NCBI GenBank assembly: GCA_963719055.1
Contig: CAVRAU010000008.1
Location: forward strand, 123,374-187,373
Length of the DNA stretch: 64,000 nucleotides
Source: an uncultured Acidobacteriota bacterium
GTDB taxonomy: Bacteria > Acidobacteriota > Thermoanaerobaculia > Multivoradales > JAHEKO01
Reading direction: 5' to 3'
Part shown: piece by piece, positions 11,563-24,318 of the stretch
Layout: each line of letters begins with the position of its first letter
Position numbering within the stretch: the first letter of the stretch is position 1
Translations under genes and position numbers: made by a program
Notes under the pieces: model-generated
What the model saw: the letters and a program-made list of their open reading frames with translations, nothing else
What the model was told of the DNA's origin: nothing
Databases searched by the model: none

Positions 11563-12308
11563 TCAGGTGCCGTCCTGTCGGACGTCCGTATCCCGCCGCC
11601 AGAATTTCGGCCATGATGGCGAGGGAAATCTCCTCGGCCATACGCCCACCCAGGTCGAGGCCGATAGGCGCATGGATACGACCGATCTCCTCCTCGCTGA
11701 AACCGCGCTCAAGGAGGGCTGCGACCCGCTTGGCGTGGGTCTTTCGGGAACCGAGCGCGCCCAGATAGCGACAGGAGCTGCGGAGCCCCACCTCCAAAGC
11801 CGGCAGATCGATCTTCATGTCGTGGCTCAAGACCACCAGACATGAAGCCTCGTGCAGCTGGATCTCATTCAGAGCCTCCTGAGGCCATAGGTTGAGGAGC
11901 AGGTCAGCTTGCTCGAAGCGCTCCTCCGTCGCAAATGCGGCTCGCGGATCGATGACGATGGTGCGGAACCCCAGGATCTTGGCAAAAGCGATCAAGGGCA
12001 CCGCCAGATGAACCGCACCCACGACGACGATCTCCGCGGGTGGTGGATAGACCTCGAAGAACACATCGATATCCCGGGCCTCCCAGCGAAAAGACTTGCG
12101 CCCGGATTGCAGGCCCGGGATGATCTGTCTCGGCAAACAGGGCGGCACGCTGGTTCAGTCTCGGAGACCCGAGGTCTCCATAGGTCTCACCCCGCGGCCA
12201 GATCAACATCTGGCATCCCTGCCCCTCCCCTTCGACCACCGTGGCCAGGACCACCGACTCTCGTCGTTCGAGACAGGCGGCCAGCTCGGCGAAGATCTCA
12301 CGACGCAT
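11555..12308 (-). CDS. XdhC/CoxF-family Mo-hydroxylase accessory protein (frameshift near 12135)
   Basis: IVVVGAVH, ID.R, LSHD..ID, YLGALGSR, PIGLDLGG..EEI. Confidence 0.85.
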
Positions 12309-12332
12309 GTATGGTGACTCCAGTCTCGGCGT

Positions 12333-12665
12333 TCAGTCTTCGAGAGGCTCCACAAAGACCTCGATCCGGCCGCCGCAGCTCAAGCCCACGGCCCAGGCCT
12401 CGCCATTGGCAACGCCAAAACGGACCAACCTGGATTCCCCGGCAGCCAGTACCTTGAGGCCTTCTTCGAGCACGGCGGCCTCCACACAGCCGCCGCTCAC
12501 CGAGCCGACCATTTCGCCGGTGTGGGTGATCGCCATCTTGGATCCGATCGGTCGCGGTGCCGAGCCCCAGGTCTTGACCACGGTGGCCAACGCGACCGAC
12601 AGACCGCGGCCCTGCCACTCGGCGATTCTCGACATGACCTCTCGAATGGAGCCCGTAGATTGCAC
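12333..12665 (-). CDS. Stand-alone XdhC/CoxI N-terminal domain protein
   Basis: ATVV.TWGSAPR..G.KM, GSVSGGCVE, GL.CGG.IEVFVEP. Confidence 0.87.
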   Translation of the reverse strand: MQSTGSIREVMSRIAEWQGRGLSVALATVVKTWGSAPRPIGSKMAITHTGEMVGSVSGGCVEAAVLEEGLKVLAAGESRLVRFGVANGEAWAVGLSCGGRIEVFVEPLED

Positions 12666-12677
12666 TGACGTCTAACC

Positions 12678-13308
12678 TCAGGATCCGCAAGACCGGAAGA
12701 GCACCACGATCACCAAGACGACAATCGCCAGAGCCGCGGTCACCCACAGCGCACGCCGCTCGGGTGGAACGAGGTCGGAGACCACCTCCTTGGCCACCCT
12801 GGCTGCGAATTCCGCCTCCGAGGGGGCCGCGGGCAGGTCCTCCTCGACCCCGATCTGGGAAGCCTCCGTCTGGCTCGAGACGATCTTTCCCAACTCCGCC
12901 AGAGCCTGGTCACTGATGGCCCGGGCGGAGCTGTCGAGGAGTCGCTGGCCGACCCCGGCGATCTTGCCGCCGATCTGGGCATCCATGTCGTACTGCAGCA
13001 GAGTCCCGTCGCCCTCGTCCTCGAGCGTCAAGGTTCCCTTGCCGTTGACGAAACCGGCAGGCCCTTGGCCCTTTATTTGCAGCCTGTACCCCGACGGGCG
13101 GATCGAGCTCGGACAAGGTCAGATGACCTTGGAACTTCCCCTGTACAGGGCCGACACGCATATTGAGAGCGCCCTCGAAGTCGTTCTCTCCCACTTCTTC
13201 CAAACGCTCGAATCCAGGTAGGCAGCGGGAAAGCACCTCCGCATCGAGAAGGGCCTTCCAGACCTGCTCTCTGGGGATCTCGAACCGATATTCGCCGACG
13301 AGTTTCAT
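12678..13308 (-). CDS. coxG: CoxG-like (SRPBCC) protein with C-terminal membrane anchor (frameshift near 13070)
   Basis: MKL.G.Y...PRE.VW.AL.D..VL..CLPG.E, IGGKIA.VGQRL, C-terminal TM helix. Confidence 0.82.
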
Positions 13309-13482
13309 GCAAACTGGCCTGATAGAGGCGTCCAATGAGGTTCGGCCACCTTTCTATCACAATCGAGTCGAATCAGCGCTTCGAGGGCCGCGAGGATTTG
13401 AGAAATTCGCGCCAAAGGAGTAGCCTTTAGGAGACAGGACAAACTGCGCGGCCAGTCGACGCGCAATGAGGGGGAGACTGCC

Positions 13483-13953
13483 ATGAGATCGGCCGAGAAA
13501 AGACGGATCGGGGCTGCTTGGTGGGCAGCGGTTGTCGTGCTCATTCTGACCGCTACAGCTGTGGTGCCGCAGCTGCTGGGCGCTGATCAAGCGACGGAAG
13601 ACAAAGCCTTCTTCGTGGCGAAAGGGCGGGTGACGTACCGCGTCTATTGCATCAATTGTCATGGGGCCAAGGCCCAGGGCGACGGGACCCTCGCCGAGAT
13701 GCTGACGACCAAGCCTTCTGACCTGACCCAGATGAAGGCAGAGAGTGACGGCAGTTTTCCCGCGGATCGCGTCCGGGACATCATCGATGGGCGCACCGGA
13801 GTGCGAGGCCACGGTATGAAGGAGATGCCGGTGTGGGGCGATGTGTTTCAAACCTCCAGCCTGGAGCCCTCCGGCTCCGACGAATCGGGGGAGGAACGCT
13901 CGAAGCGCAAGGTCCACGAGCTCGTCCTGTACCTGGAGTCGATCCAGGAGTAA
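13483..13953 (+). CDS. Monoheme c-type cytochrome
   Basis: Signal peptide, CINCH heme motif, MPVWG distal Met; GGGGAG RBS. Confidence 0.88.
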   Translation: MRSAEKRRIGAAWWAAVVVLILTATAVVPQLLGADQATEDKAFFVAKGRVTYRVYCINCHGAKAQGDGTLAEMLTTKPSDLTQMKAESDGSFPADRVRDIIDGRTGVRGHGMKEMPVWGDVFQTSSLEPSGSDESGEERSKRKVHELVLYLESIQE

Positions 13954-13961
13954 GGGACCTG

Positions 13962-15615
13962 CTAGCCTCCCAGCAGGCCCTCTACCTCACCATCCTTCAG
14001 ATCCATTCGCGTCGCCTGGGGTGTCACTGGCAACCCAGGCATGCGCATGATATCGCCGAGCAACGGCACGACGAATCCGGCGCCTGCGGAGACCACGAAG
14101 TTGCGCACGGTGATCTCGAAGTCCTGGGGTCGGCCTGCCAGCTTGGGATCATCGCTCAACGACGTGGGCGTCTTGGCCATGCATACCGGTAGCTCACCGT
14201 AGCCGAATTTCTCGATTCGCTTGAGCTCGCGCTCCGCCTGCTTGGTGTAGGCCACGTCCGAGGCACCGTACATCGTGCGGGCCACCCGGTCGATCTTGGC
14301 CTTGATGGGCTCCGACCAGTCGTACAATGGCTTGAAGGGACTCTTCTCGTGTTTGGCATGAGCCACCAGGGTCTCGGCCAACTCCGTGCCGCCATCTCCG
14401 CCTCTGGCGAAGATATCCGAGACCGCGAAGGGGGCGCCCATCTCTTCGCAAGCCTGGCGCACGACGGCGATCTCATCATCCGTGTCGGTGTGGAATTTAT
14501 TGAGGGCCACAACGGGCTTCTCGCCAAACGCCCGGATGTTCTCGATGTGCTTTCGCAGGTTGCCCAGACCACGCTCCACCGCGGCCGGATCAGATCTGTC
14601 GAGATCCGCTTTGAGAACACCGCCATGACGCTTGAGAGCGCGCACCGTCGCCACCAGAACCACCGCCGCCGTGTCGAGACCCGCCGAGGTGCACTTGATG
14701 TCGAAAAACTTCTCGGCCCCGAGATCGAAGCCGAAGCCGGCCTCGGTTATGACCCAGTCAGAATGGGCCAAAGCCATCTTGGTCGCGATTACCGAATTGC
14801 AGCCGTGGGCGATATTGGCGAAGGGACCACCGTGCACCAGGGCCGGAACACCTTCTCCCGTCTGCACCAGATTGGGCATCAGGGCATCTTTCAGGAGCAC
14901 GACCATGGCACCGACCGCACCGATGTCCTTGGCCGTCACCGGTTCGTCCTTGAACGTAAAGGCCACCAACAAGCGGCCGAGTCGTTCGCGCAAGTCGTCC
15001 GCATCCTCGGCCAGACAGAGAACCGCCATCACCTCCGAGGCCGCCGTGATGTCGAATCCGGTCTCACGGGGAACACCCTGCAGCTTGCCTCCCAGACCCA
15101 CCACGACGTTGCGGAGTGCCCGATCGTTGAGATCGATCACACGCCGCCAAAGAACGCGTCGGGCATCGATCCTCAGGGGGTTCTTGTGGTAGATCGAGTT
15201 GTCCACCATCGCCGCCAGCAAATTGTTGGCGGAGGTGATCGCATGAAAATCACCGGTGAAATGCAAATTGATGTCGGCGGTGGGAACCAACACCGACTTG
15301 CCGCCACCGGTGGCCCCTCCCTTCATGCCAAACGTGGGGCCCAACGAAGGCTCTCGCAGGGCCAGACTGACGTTGTGACCCAGCTTGGCCATCCCTTGCG
15401 CCAGGCCGATGGAGGTGGTCGTCTTGCCCTCGCCAGCGCTCGTCGGTGTGATGGCCGATACCAGAACCAATTTGCCCGGCGGTCTTGCCGACGCCTCGCG
15501 GGCATCGAGACGGATCTTGGCCTTGTCGTTACCGTAGGGGACCAGGTGATCGGGAGCTGATTCCCAAATCACTTGCAACTTCTGTGATGGGACGGGGTAC
15601 CGGTGTCATGCTCAT
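13962..15615 (-). CDS. fhs: Formate--tetrahydrofolate ligase (N-terminal frameshift near 15557)
   Basis: TPT.AGEGKTT, GGATGGG, INLHFTGD, HGGPFANIAHG, TEAGFG.DLG.EKF, MPGL; likely ATG at 15615 after an AGGAG RBS. Confidence 0.95.
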
Positions 15616-15659
15616 AGCCCACTCTCCTTACCGATCGAGGACCGGGCCGAGCCCGGCCG

Positions 15660-15688
15660 GAAAGGGCCGCGCCTGAAGCGCGGCCCTC
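15660..15688 (-). terminator. GC hairpin between maeB and fhs (possible terminator or mRNA stabiliser)
   Basis: agggccgcgc-N5-gcgcggccct 10-bp stem; only a short T run on the minus strand. Confidence 0.45.
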
Positions 15689-15730
15689 GCGTTTACGAGA
15701 TCACGGTCAGATTTCACGAACCGAGGCCGA

Positions 15731-18028
<2,298 letters not shown>

Positions 18029-18321
18029 CGTAAACCTCCCGAATCTGGGGTTGCACCAAATACAGTTCTCGCCTTTGAACAGGTGAGCGATTGAGAACGG
18101 GTTGCGGGTGAGATCCTTTCTGCTGAGAGGACTTCGCGGGTGCCTCGCGACACCCGCAACACAATGATCACTTGGCGGAGATCCCGGCACCACAGGCCAA
18201 CGGGTAGGGCCGCCACCCGCCCTTGTAGGTAGGGGTTTGAACCGACCCTGGATTCTCCTGTACTCTCCTCCGGGCGAGGCGCGAGCCGACCTCACTTCGA
18301 CCTACCTCCAGGAGACCAGAA

Positions 18322-19650
18322 ATGAGCCGAAAGAAAACCGTCATCATGGGAGCCGCAGGCCGGGACTTCCACAATTTCAACTGTCTGTTCCGGGACCGGG
18401 ACGAATACGAGGTCGTAGCCTTTACCGCCACTCAGATCCCCGATATCGAAGGTCGGATCTACCCGGCAGAGCTGGCAGGGGATCTCTATCCAGAGGGTAT
18501 TCCCATTCGAGCCGAAGAAGAGCTCGAGACGATCGTGCGGTCCGAAGAGATCGACGAAGTCTGGTTTTCCTATTCCGATGTCCCGCATTCCTATGTCATG
18601 GACAAGGCGAGTCGGGTGATCGGCTGGGGGGCTCATTTCGGTGTCTGCTCTGTCCAGAAGACCATGCTTTCCTCGACCAAGCCGGTGATTGCCGTCACGG
18701 CCGTGCGCACCGGGGTCGGCAAGTCTCAGACCAGTCGCTATATCTCGCGCATTTTGCGCCAAATGGGTCTGCGGGTCGTCGCCGTGCGTCACCCGATGCC
18801 GTACGGTGACCTGAGCCAGCAGATCTGTCAGAGATTCGCCACCTACGAAGACCTGGATTCTCACCAGTGCACGATCGAGGAGCGCGAGGAGTACGAGCCT
18901 CACCTCGACAACGGCTTCGTGGTGTACGCGGGAATCGACTACGAGAAGATTCTGCGCCAGGCGGAGCAGGAGGCCGATCTCATCCTCTGGGATGGCGGTA
19001 ACAACGACACCCCGTTCTATGCTCCCGATCTGCACATCACGCTACTGGACCCTCATCGACCAGGTCACGAGCTGACCTACTATCCGGGACAGACCAACTT
19101 CCTCATCTCGGATCTGCTGATCGTCAACAAAGTGGAGACCGCCACCCCCGAGGGGATCGCCGAGGTTCTGGACAACTGTCGAAGATTCAACCCCGAGGCG
19201 CAGGTCGTTCAGTGTCGATCCGCCATCACGGTCGACCACCCGGAGCTGATCGCCGGCAAGCGCGCCCTCGTGATCGAGGACGGACCGACGCTCACCCATG
19301 GTGGCATGACCTACGGCGCCGGCTGGTTCGCTGCCAAGAACGCCGGAGCCGCCGAGATTGTCGACCCCACGCCCTACGCCGTTGGATCCATCAAAGAGAC
19401 CTATGAAGCCTACCCCAACTCCCGAAAGATCTTGCCTGCGATGGGGTACGGACAGCAGCAGGTCGGCGAGCTCGAGGCCACGATCAATGCGACCGAGGCC
19501 GATGTGGTCGTCGAGGGGACCCCGATCAACCTGCAGAGGATCCTGTCGGTCAACAAGCCCATTGCCAATGTCGCTTACGAGCTGGAGGAGCTCGACCCCG
19601 GTGTTATCGAGAAAGCTGTCCAAGCCGTTGTGGACAGCATCGACACCTGA
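18322..19650 (+). CDS. COG2403 P-loop enzyme (annotated cDPG synthetase-like; probable arginine synthetase ArcE family)
   Basis: GAAGRDFHNFN, AVRTGVGKSQ, RHPMPYG, EEREEYEPH, WDGGNND, EDGPTLTHG; AGGAG RBS. Confidence 0.85.
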   Translation: MSRKKTVIMGAAGRDFHNFNCLFRDRDEYEVVAFTATQIPDIEGRIYPAELAGDLYPEGIPIRAEEELETIVRSEEIDEVWFSYSDVPHSYVMDKASRVIGWGAHFGVCSVQKTMLSSTKPVIAVTAVRTGVGKSQTSRYISRILRQMGLRVVAVRHPMPYGDLSQQICQRFATYEDLDSHQCTIEEREEYEPHLDNGFVVYAGIDYEKILRQAEQEADLILWDGGNNDTPFYAPDLHITLLDPHRPGHELTYYPGQTNFLISDLLIVNKVETATPEGIAEVLDNCRRFNPEAQVVQCRSAITVDHPELIAGKRALVIEDGPTLTHGGMTYGAGWFAAKNAGAAEIVDPTPYAVGSIKETYEAYPNSRKILPAMGYGQQQVGELEATINATEADVVVEGTPINLQRILSVNKPIANVAYELEELDPGVIEKAVQAVVDSIDT

Positions 19651-19664
19651 GGGGCGGCCGGCGA

Positions 19665-20249
19665 TCAACCAGGGGAGGCGTGAGCGGTGTCGGCGGGCTT
19701 CTTCTGTCCCTCCATGGCCAACGGCGCCAGAACCATGACCATGCGACGACCATCCAGTCGGGAACGGGACTCGACGGTCGCCACGTCTTCCAACTCCTTG
19801 GTCACGTTGTCGAGAATCTGAGCCCCCAGCTCGGGCCGCCGCAGCTGTCGATAGCGGAAGAAGATGGTGACCTTGACCTTCTTGCCGGATTCGAGAAATC
19901 GACGCGCTCGCTTGGTCTTGATCTCATAGTCGTGCTCGTCGATACTGGGTCTGTATTTGACCTCTTTGACTTCGATGACGTGAGTCTTCTTCTTCGACTC
20001 TCGCGCCTTCTTCTCGCGCTCGTACTTGAGCTTGCCCCAGTCCAGAATACGAACCACCGGCGGATTGGCATCGGCCCCGACTTCGACCAGGTCCAAGCCC
20101 TGGTCTTCAGCCTTTTCGCGGGCCTCCTCGATGGGCACGACGCCAAGCTGGGCGCCGTCGACATCGATTAGCCGCACCGGACTCTTGCGGATCTGTCGGT
20201 TGATGCGGGGTTGATCGTCTCTGCGGGGGGGAAACCTATCTCTTCTGAT
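19665..20249 (-). CDS. infC: Translation initiation factor IF-3, ATC start
   Basis: RINRQIR..VRLID, LDLVEV, PPV.RILD.GK.KYE, KEVK.RP.I..HD; in-frame ATC at 20249, 7 nt after AAAGGAG. Confidence 0.93.
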   Translation of the reverse strand: MRRDRFPPRRDDQPRINRQIRKSPVRLIDVDGAQLGVVPIEEAREKAEDQGLDLVEVGADANPPVVRILDWGKLKYEREKKARESKKKTHVIEVKEVKYRPSIDEHDYEIKTKRARRFLESGKKVKVTIFFRYRQLRRPELGAQILDNVTKELEDVATVESRSRLDGRRMVMVLAPLAMEGQKKPADTAHASPG

Positions 20250-20455
20250 TGCGATTCTCCTTTCCGGGAATTCGCGAGCCGCACCCGAGGGGTGGCAAGC
20301 TTAGGAACATACACGAATTCCGAGGGGCTGATTCACTGAATGATCGATGCAGCGGGAATGGGCTGAGGCACAGAGTCCTCAGCTGGACGGGGGGGGGCAC
20401 TAGGAAGACTGCCAATCACGAAGGCCTGATAATACCACATGCGTTTTCCGGTCGC

Positions 20456-21829
20456 TCACTTGAGCTCGGACTCGAGCCGCTGCACCTGCCGCTCGATCTC
20501 GACCCATGCCGTACCACCCACGGAGGCTCGCCTCGCCACGGCCTGCAGCGGGTCCAGCAGTGAGGCAAGCTCTGCCGGCGGCGAACCGATTCCATGCTCC
20601 GCGAAATCGGCAGGCTGCACGTCTCCCAGACGCTTCCCTGCAGCCTCCAGCCCCTGAACCAGCCTCCCCACCAACTCGTGAGCCCGCCGAAAGGGCACTC
20701 CCGTCACCACCAGGGCGTCCGCCAGGTCGGTGGCCAGACTGTCATCACCCTGAAGCTCGTTCGCGAACCGATTCGCATCGAGGGTCAGCGTCTGCCAGAC
20801 CGCGGCCAGGATCCGGGTACTGGCAGTCGTCGTCTCCACTGCGTCGAACAAGGGTCGCCGATCTTCCTGAAAATCGCGGTTGTAGGAGAGCGGTACTCCC
20901 TTGGCCATGGTCAGAAGCGATACGAGATCGCCGTACACTCGTGCGGCCTTGCCACGCACGAGCTCGGCGGCGTCGGGGTTGCGTTTCTGCGGCATGATGC
21001 TGGAGCCGGTGGCGTAGGCCTCATCGAGGTTGGCAAACCGGAACTCCGCTGTCGACCACAAGACCAGCTCGGCGGCCATTCTCGACAAATGAGTCATGGC
21101 AATGGCACAGACCGCTGCCACCTCCTGCTCGTGGTCCCTGGCGGCCACCGCATCCAGAGCATTGTCCACCACGCCAGCGAACCCCAGGATTTCCGCCGTG
21201 CGCTGACGATCGATAGGCAGGCTGGTCCCGGCCAGAGCGCAGGCCCCCAGGGGGGAAGCATCCAGTCTATCGAGAGCATCCGCCAACCGTTGCCGGTCCC
21301 GCCGGAGCGGCCAGACATGGCCCAGCAGGTGGTGGCCGAGAAGGATGGGCTGCCCTCGCTGAAGATGGGTGTAACCGGGCATGACAATCCGCCCGTCCTG
21401 GCGGATCCTATCGAGCAGCACACGGATCAACCCGCCGAGTGACTCGTCCAAGAAGCTCAGGTGGCGCTTCAACCACAACCGAACATCGGTCGCCACCTGG
21501 TCGTTGCGCGAGCGCGCCGTGTGCAGCTTGCCTGCCAGATCGCCCAGCAATTCCTGCAGTCGGAATTCCACGGCCATATGGATGTCTTCATGCTCGACGG
21601 AGGGGCAAAAGTCTCCCGATTCCAATTCCTGGCCGATCTGTTCCAGACCCCGCGTCAGACGCCGCGATTCCTCCGCAGTGACAATTCCAACCTCACCAAG
21701 CATGACTGCATGGGCAATCGATCCTGCAATATCTTCCTGCGCCATCTGCAGATCGATATCGATGGATGATGAGAATCGATCCATGTCCGCATCCGTCGGA
21801 CCCCTGAAACGACCCCGCAGTCGACTCAT
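20456..21829 (-). CDS. argH: Argininosuccinate lyase
   Basis: [40 protein letters not shown]. Confidence 0.96.
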   Translation of the reverse strand: MSRLRGRFRGPTDADMDRFSSSIDIDLQMAQEDIAGSIAHAVMLGEVGIVTAEESRRLTRGLEQIGQELESGDFCPSVEHEDIHMAVEFRLQELLGDLAGKLHTARSRNDQVATDVRLWLKRHLSFLDESLGGLIRVLLDRIRQDGRIVMPGYTHLQRGQPILLGHHLLGHVWPLRRDRQRLADALDRLDASPLGACALAGTSLPIDRQRTAEILGFAGVVDNALDAVAARDHEQEVAAVCAIAMTHLSRMAAELVLWSTAEFRFANLDEAYATGSSIMPQKRNPDAAELVRGKAARVYGDLVSLLTMAKGVPLSYNRDFQEDRRPLFDAVETTTASTRILAAVWQTLTLDANRFANELQGDDSLATDLADALVVTGVPFRRAHELVGRLVQGLEAAGKRLGDVQPADFAEHGIGSPPAELASLLDPLQAVARRASVGGTAWVEIERQVQRLESELK

Positions 21830-23034
21830 TCTCCCTCCGAAATTCGCTTGGCTGCCAACGTCCGCAGACGCAGCGCGCGCATGCGAATGAAGCCGGTCGA
21901 ATCGGCCTGATCAAAGACATCGTCGGCTTCGAAAGTCACCGTGGCTTCGTCATAGAGAGCGTGGGTCGTCGACCGTCGACCTTCCACTGCCACATGCCCT
22001 TTGAAGATCTTCAAACGGGCCTCGCCGTTGACGCGTTCCTGGACCCGATCCATGTACGACTGGAGAGCCTCCCGCTCGGGACTGAACCAGTAGCCGTTGT
22101 AGACCATCTCGGCGTATCTCGGTACGAGCTCATCACGCATGTGATGAACCTGACGGTCGAGAGTGATCGACTCCACCGCCCGATGGGCGTGATGCAGAAG
22201 AGTTCCGCCAGGAGTCTCGTAGACGCCGCGGCTCTTCATCCCCAGGAAACGGTTTTCAACGATATCGACGCGACCCGCTCCATGCCGGCCGGCGATCTCA
22301 TTCAAGCGAGCCAGCAACGCGACCGGCTCCATCTCTTCGCCGTTCACGGAAACCGGATTGCCTTTCTCGAATCCTATGGTGACCCACTCTGGCTCGTCTG
22401 GGGCGTCCTCCGGGTCGGTGGTCAGGCGAAACATTCCGGCAGGCGGCGCCGCCCACGGATCCTCGAGAATGCCCCCCTCGTAGGAGATGTGCATGAGATT
22501 CGCATCCATGGAGTACGAGGGTTTCGGCGCTGCCGACAGGTCGAGGCCATGCCGCTCGGCATATTCCACCAGATCTCGGCGCCCACGAAAGTCCCACTCT
22601 CGCCAGGGGGCGATGATCTGGATATCGGGCTTGAGCGCGTAGGCGGCCAGCTCGAACCGCACCTGATCGTTCCCCTTGCCGGTGGCACCGTGCGCAATGG
22701 CGTCGGCCCCCGAACGCCTGGCGGCCTCGACCAGTCCCTTGGCGAGCGGCGGCCGAGCGAGCGCCGTCCCCATCAGGTAGTACCACTCATAGACGGCGTT
22801 GGCTCGCAGAGCGGGAAAGATGTAATCGCGCACGAAGGTCTCACGCAAGTCTTCGATGACGATCTCGGCGGCGCCTGTGCTTTCGGCGGCCCGTCGCGCT
22901 TTTTCCAACTCATCCTCACCCTGGCCCACATCCCCGGTATAGGTGATGACCTCGACATCATAGGTCTCACGGATCCAATGCAGGATCACACAGGTGTCCA
23001 GTCCCCCCGAATATGCCAGAACGACTCGTTTCAC
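21826..23034 (-). CDS. argG: Argininosuccinate synthase
   Basis: [41 protein letters not shown]. Confidence 0.97.
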   Translation of the reverse strand: MKRVVLAYSGGLDTCVILHWIRETYDVEVITYTGDVGQGEDELEKARRAAESTGAAEIVIEDLRETFVRDYIFPALRANAVYEWYYLMGTALARPPLAKGLVEAARRSGADAIAHGATGKGNDQVRFELAAYALKPDIQIIAPWREWDFRGRRDLVEYAERHGLDLSAAPKPSYSMDANLMHISYEGGILEDPWAAPPAGMFRLTTDPEDAPDEPEWVTIGFEKGNPVSVNGEEMEPVALLARLNEIAGRHGAGRVDIVENRFLGMKSRGVYETPGGTLLHHAHRAVESITLDRQVHHMRDELVPRYAEMVYNGYWFSPEREALQSYMDRVQERVNGEARLKIFKGHVAVEGRRSTTHALYDEATVTFEADDVFDQADSTGFIRMRALRLRTLAAKRISEGE

Positions 23035-23177
23035 TCTTGTACCCTCCGCAGGATTGAGAACACTTGTTCCGGCTCTACGCTACCACCGTAGAGGCCCCAG
23101 TCGACTCGGCTTTCCTGGACCGATGGGCCCGTGTCCGACACAACTTCGAACCCCTGCTGGTGTAGGATCTAAAGGCT

Positions 23178-23417
23178 ATGATCCTCTACAAGCTCAGAAT
23201 TCTCGCATTCGCCGTGGTCTTGCCAGCCCTGCTGGGATGTGGCGGACCCCCATCCGACCAGGACACCGAATCGGCACCTCCGGCGGCAGTCGAGCAGGAC
23301 GAGGAGGCGGTATTCGAGGAAGATTTCGAGGCTGGTGACGCCACGCAGTGGGCCGAGACCGAGGCCTCGGAAGCTGCCAGCAGCGAAGACCCCGCGACCG
23401 ACCCGGACAAGGAGTGA
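23178..23417 (+). CDS. Small acidic lipoprotein carrying a VFEEDFEAGDATQW motif
   Basis: Signal peptide with lipobox LLGC; low-complexity acidic body. Confidence 0.7.
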   Translation: MILYKLRILAFAVVLPALLGCGGPPSDQDTESAPPAAVEQDEEAVFEEDFEAGDATQWAETEASEAASSEDPATDPDKE

Positions 23418-23457
23418 CACCGGTCACTCTTTAGACCTCCGTCCTCGGGTAGGGTCC

Positions 23458-24318
23458 ATGACCATGCCGTCAGACTCGTCACCGTCGAACCCTACAATCG
23501 CCAGTCGCCCGGTCTATGACTCGGCGCACCGACGCCACCCTTTTACCGAGGAGCTCTACGAGCTCTGGCGGTTTCGGGAGCTGGTTCTCCTTTGGGCGAA
23601 GCGCAATATCAAGCTCCGCTACAAGAGATCTGTGCTCGGGATTCTGTGGACCCTGATCGAGCCCCTGATGCTGATGACCATCTTGACGGTGGTCTTCTCG
23701 ACTCTTTTCAAATTCCAGCTCGAGCGCTATCCGATCTACCTGCTCTCAGGGCTACTGCTCTTCGACTTTTTCAGTCGCACCACCCTGCAGATCATCGAGG
23801 AGATTGTCGCCAGCCAGGGTCTAGCGAGTCGCGTCTACACGCCGAGAACGGCTTTCGCGGTGGCGACGGTCCTGACCTACCTGACGAATTGGGCGATCGC
23901 GCTGATCCCTCTGCTCGCGATCATGGCGATTCTGGGGCAGCCCTTCTCGCTCGCCCTTCTGACAGTGCCGGCGGGGATGGTACTCACCAGCTTGTTCGCC
24001 CTGGGTGTCGGCCTCCTCGTCGCCACCCTGGGTGCTTCCTTTCACGACTTCAAACTCACGTATCAGGTCTTGCTGACCGCCTGGCTGTACGCCACACCCA
24101 TCATCTATCCACTGGAGATCGTGCCGGAGAAATTCCACCGATTCTTCAAGCTCAATCCCCTCTTCTATCTCTGCGAAACAGTCAGAGATCCAGCCTTCCT
24201 GTCCACCGTCGCTCCAGCCAACGTCTGGTTGATCGCCTTCACGGTGAGCGTCGGAACCGCGATTCTCGGATGGTGGGTGTTCACAACCCGGAGAAGTGTT
24301 CTTGAGCACCTTGGCTGA
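23458..24318 (+). CDS. wzm: Polysaccharide ABC exporter permease
   Basis: LW.FREL...R.IK.RYKRS.LG..W...EP, W.Y.TPIIYP, LNP. Confidence 0.92.
   Translation: MTMPSDSSPSNPTIASRPVYDSAHRRHPFTEELYELWRFRELVLLWAKRNIKLRYKRSVLGILWTLIEPLMLMTILTVVFSTLFKFQLERYPIYLLSGLLLFDFFSRTTLQIIEEIVASQGLASRVYTPRTAFAVATVLTYLTNWAIALIPLLAIMAILGQPFSLALLTVPAGMVLTSLFALGVGLLVATLGASFHDFKLTYQVLLTAWLYATPIIYPLEIVPEKFHRFFKLNPLFYLCETVRDPAFLSTVAPANVWLIAFTVSVGTAILGWWVFTTRRSVLEHLG

Noticed and set aside
18029-18295. N-terminal extension of MaeB to 18295 in the ORF track
   Set aside because: MaeB similarity begins at [11 protein letters not shown] (ATG 18028, with RBS); the upstream region looks regulatory.
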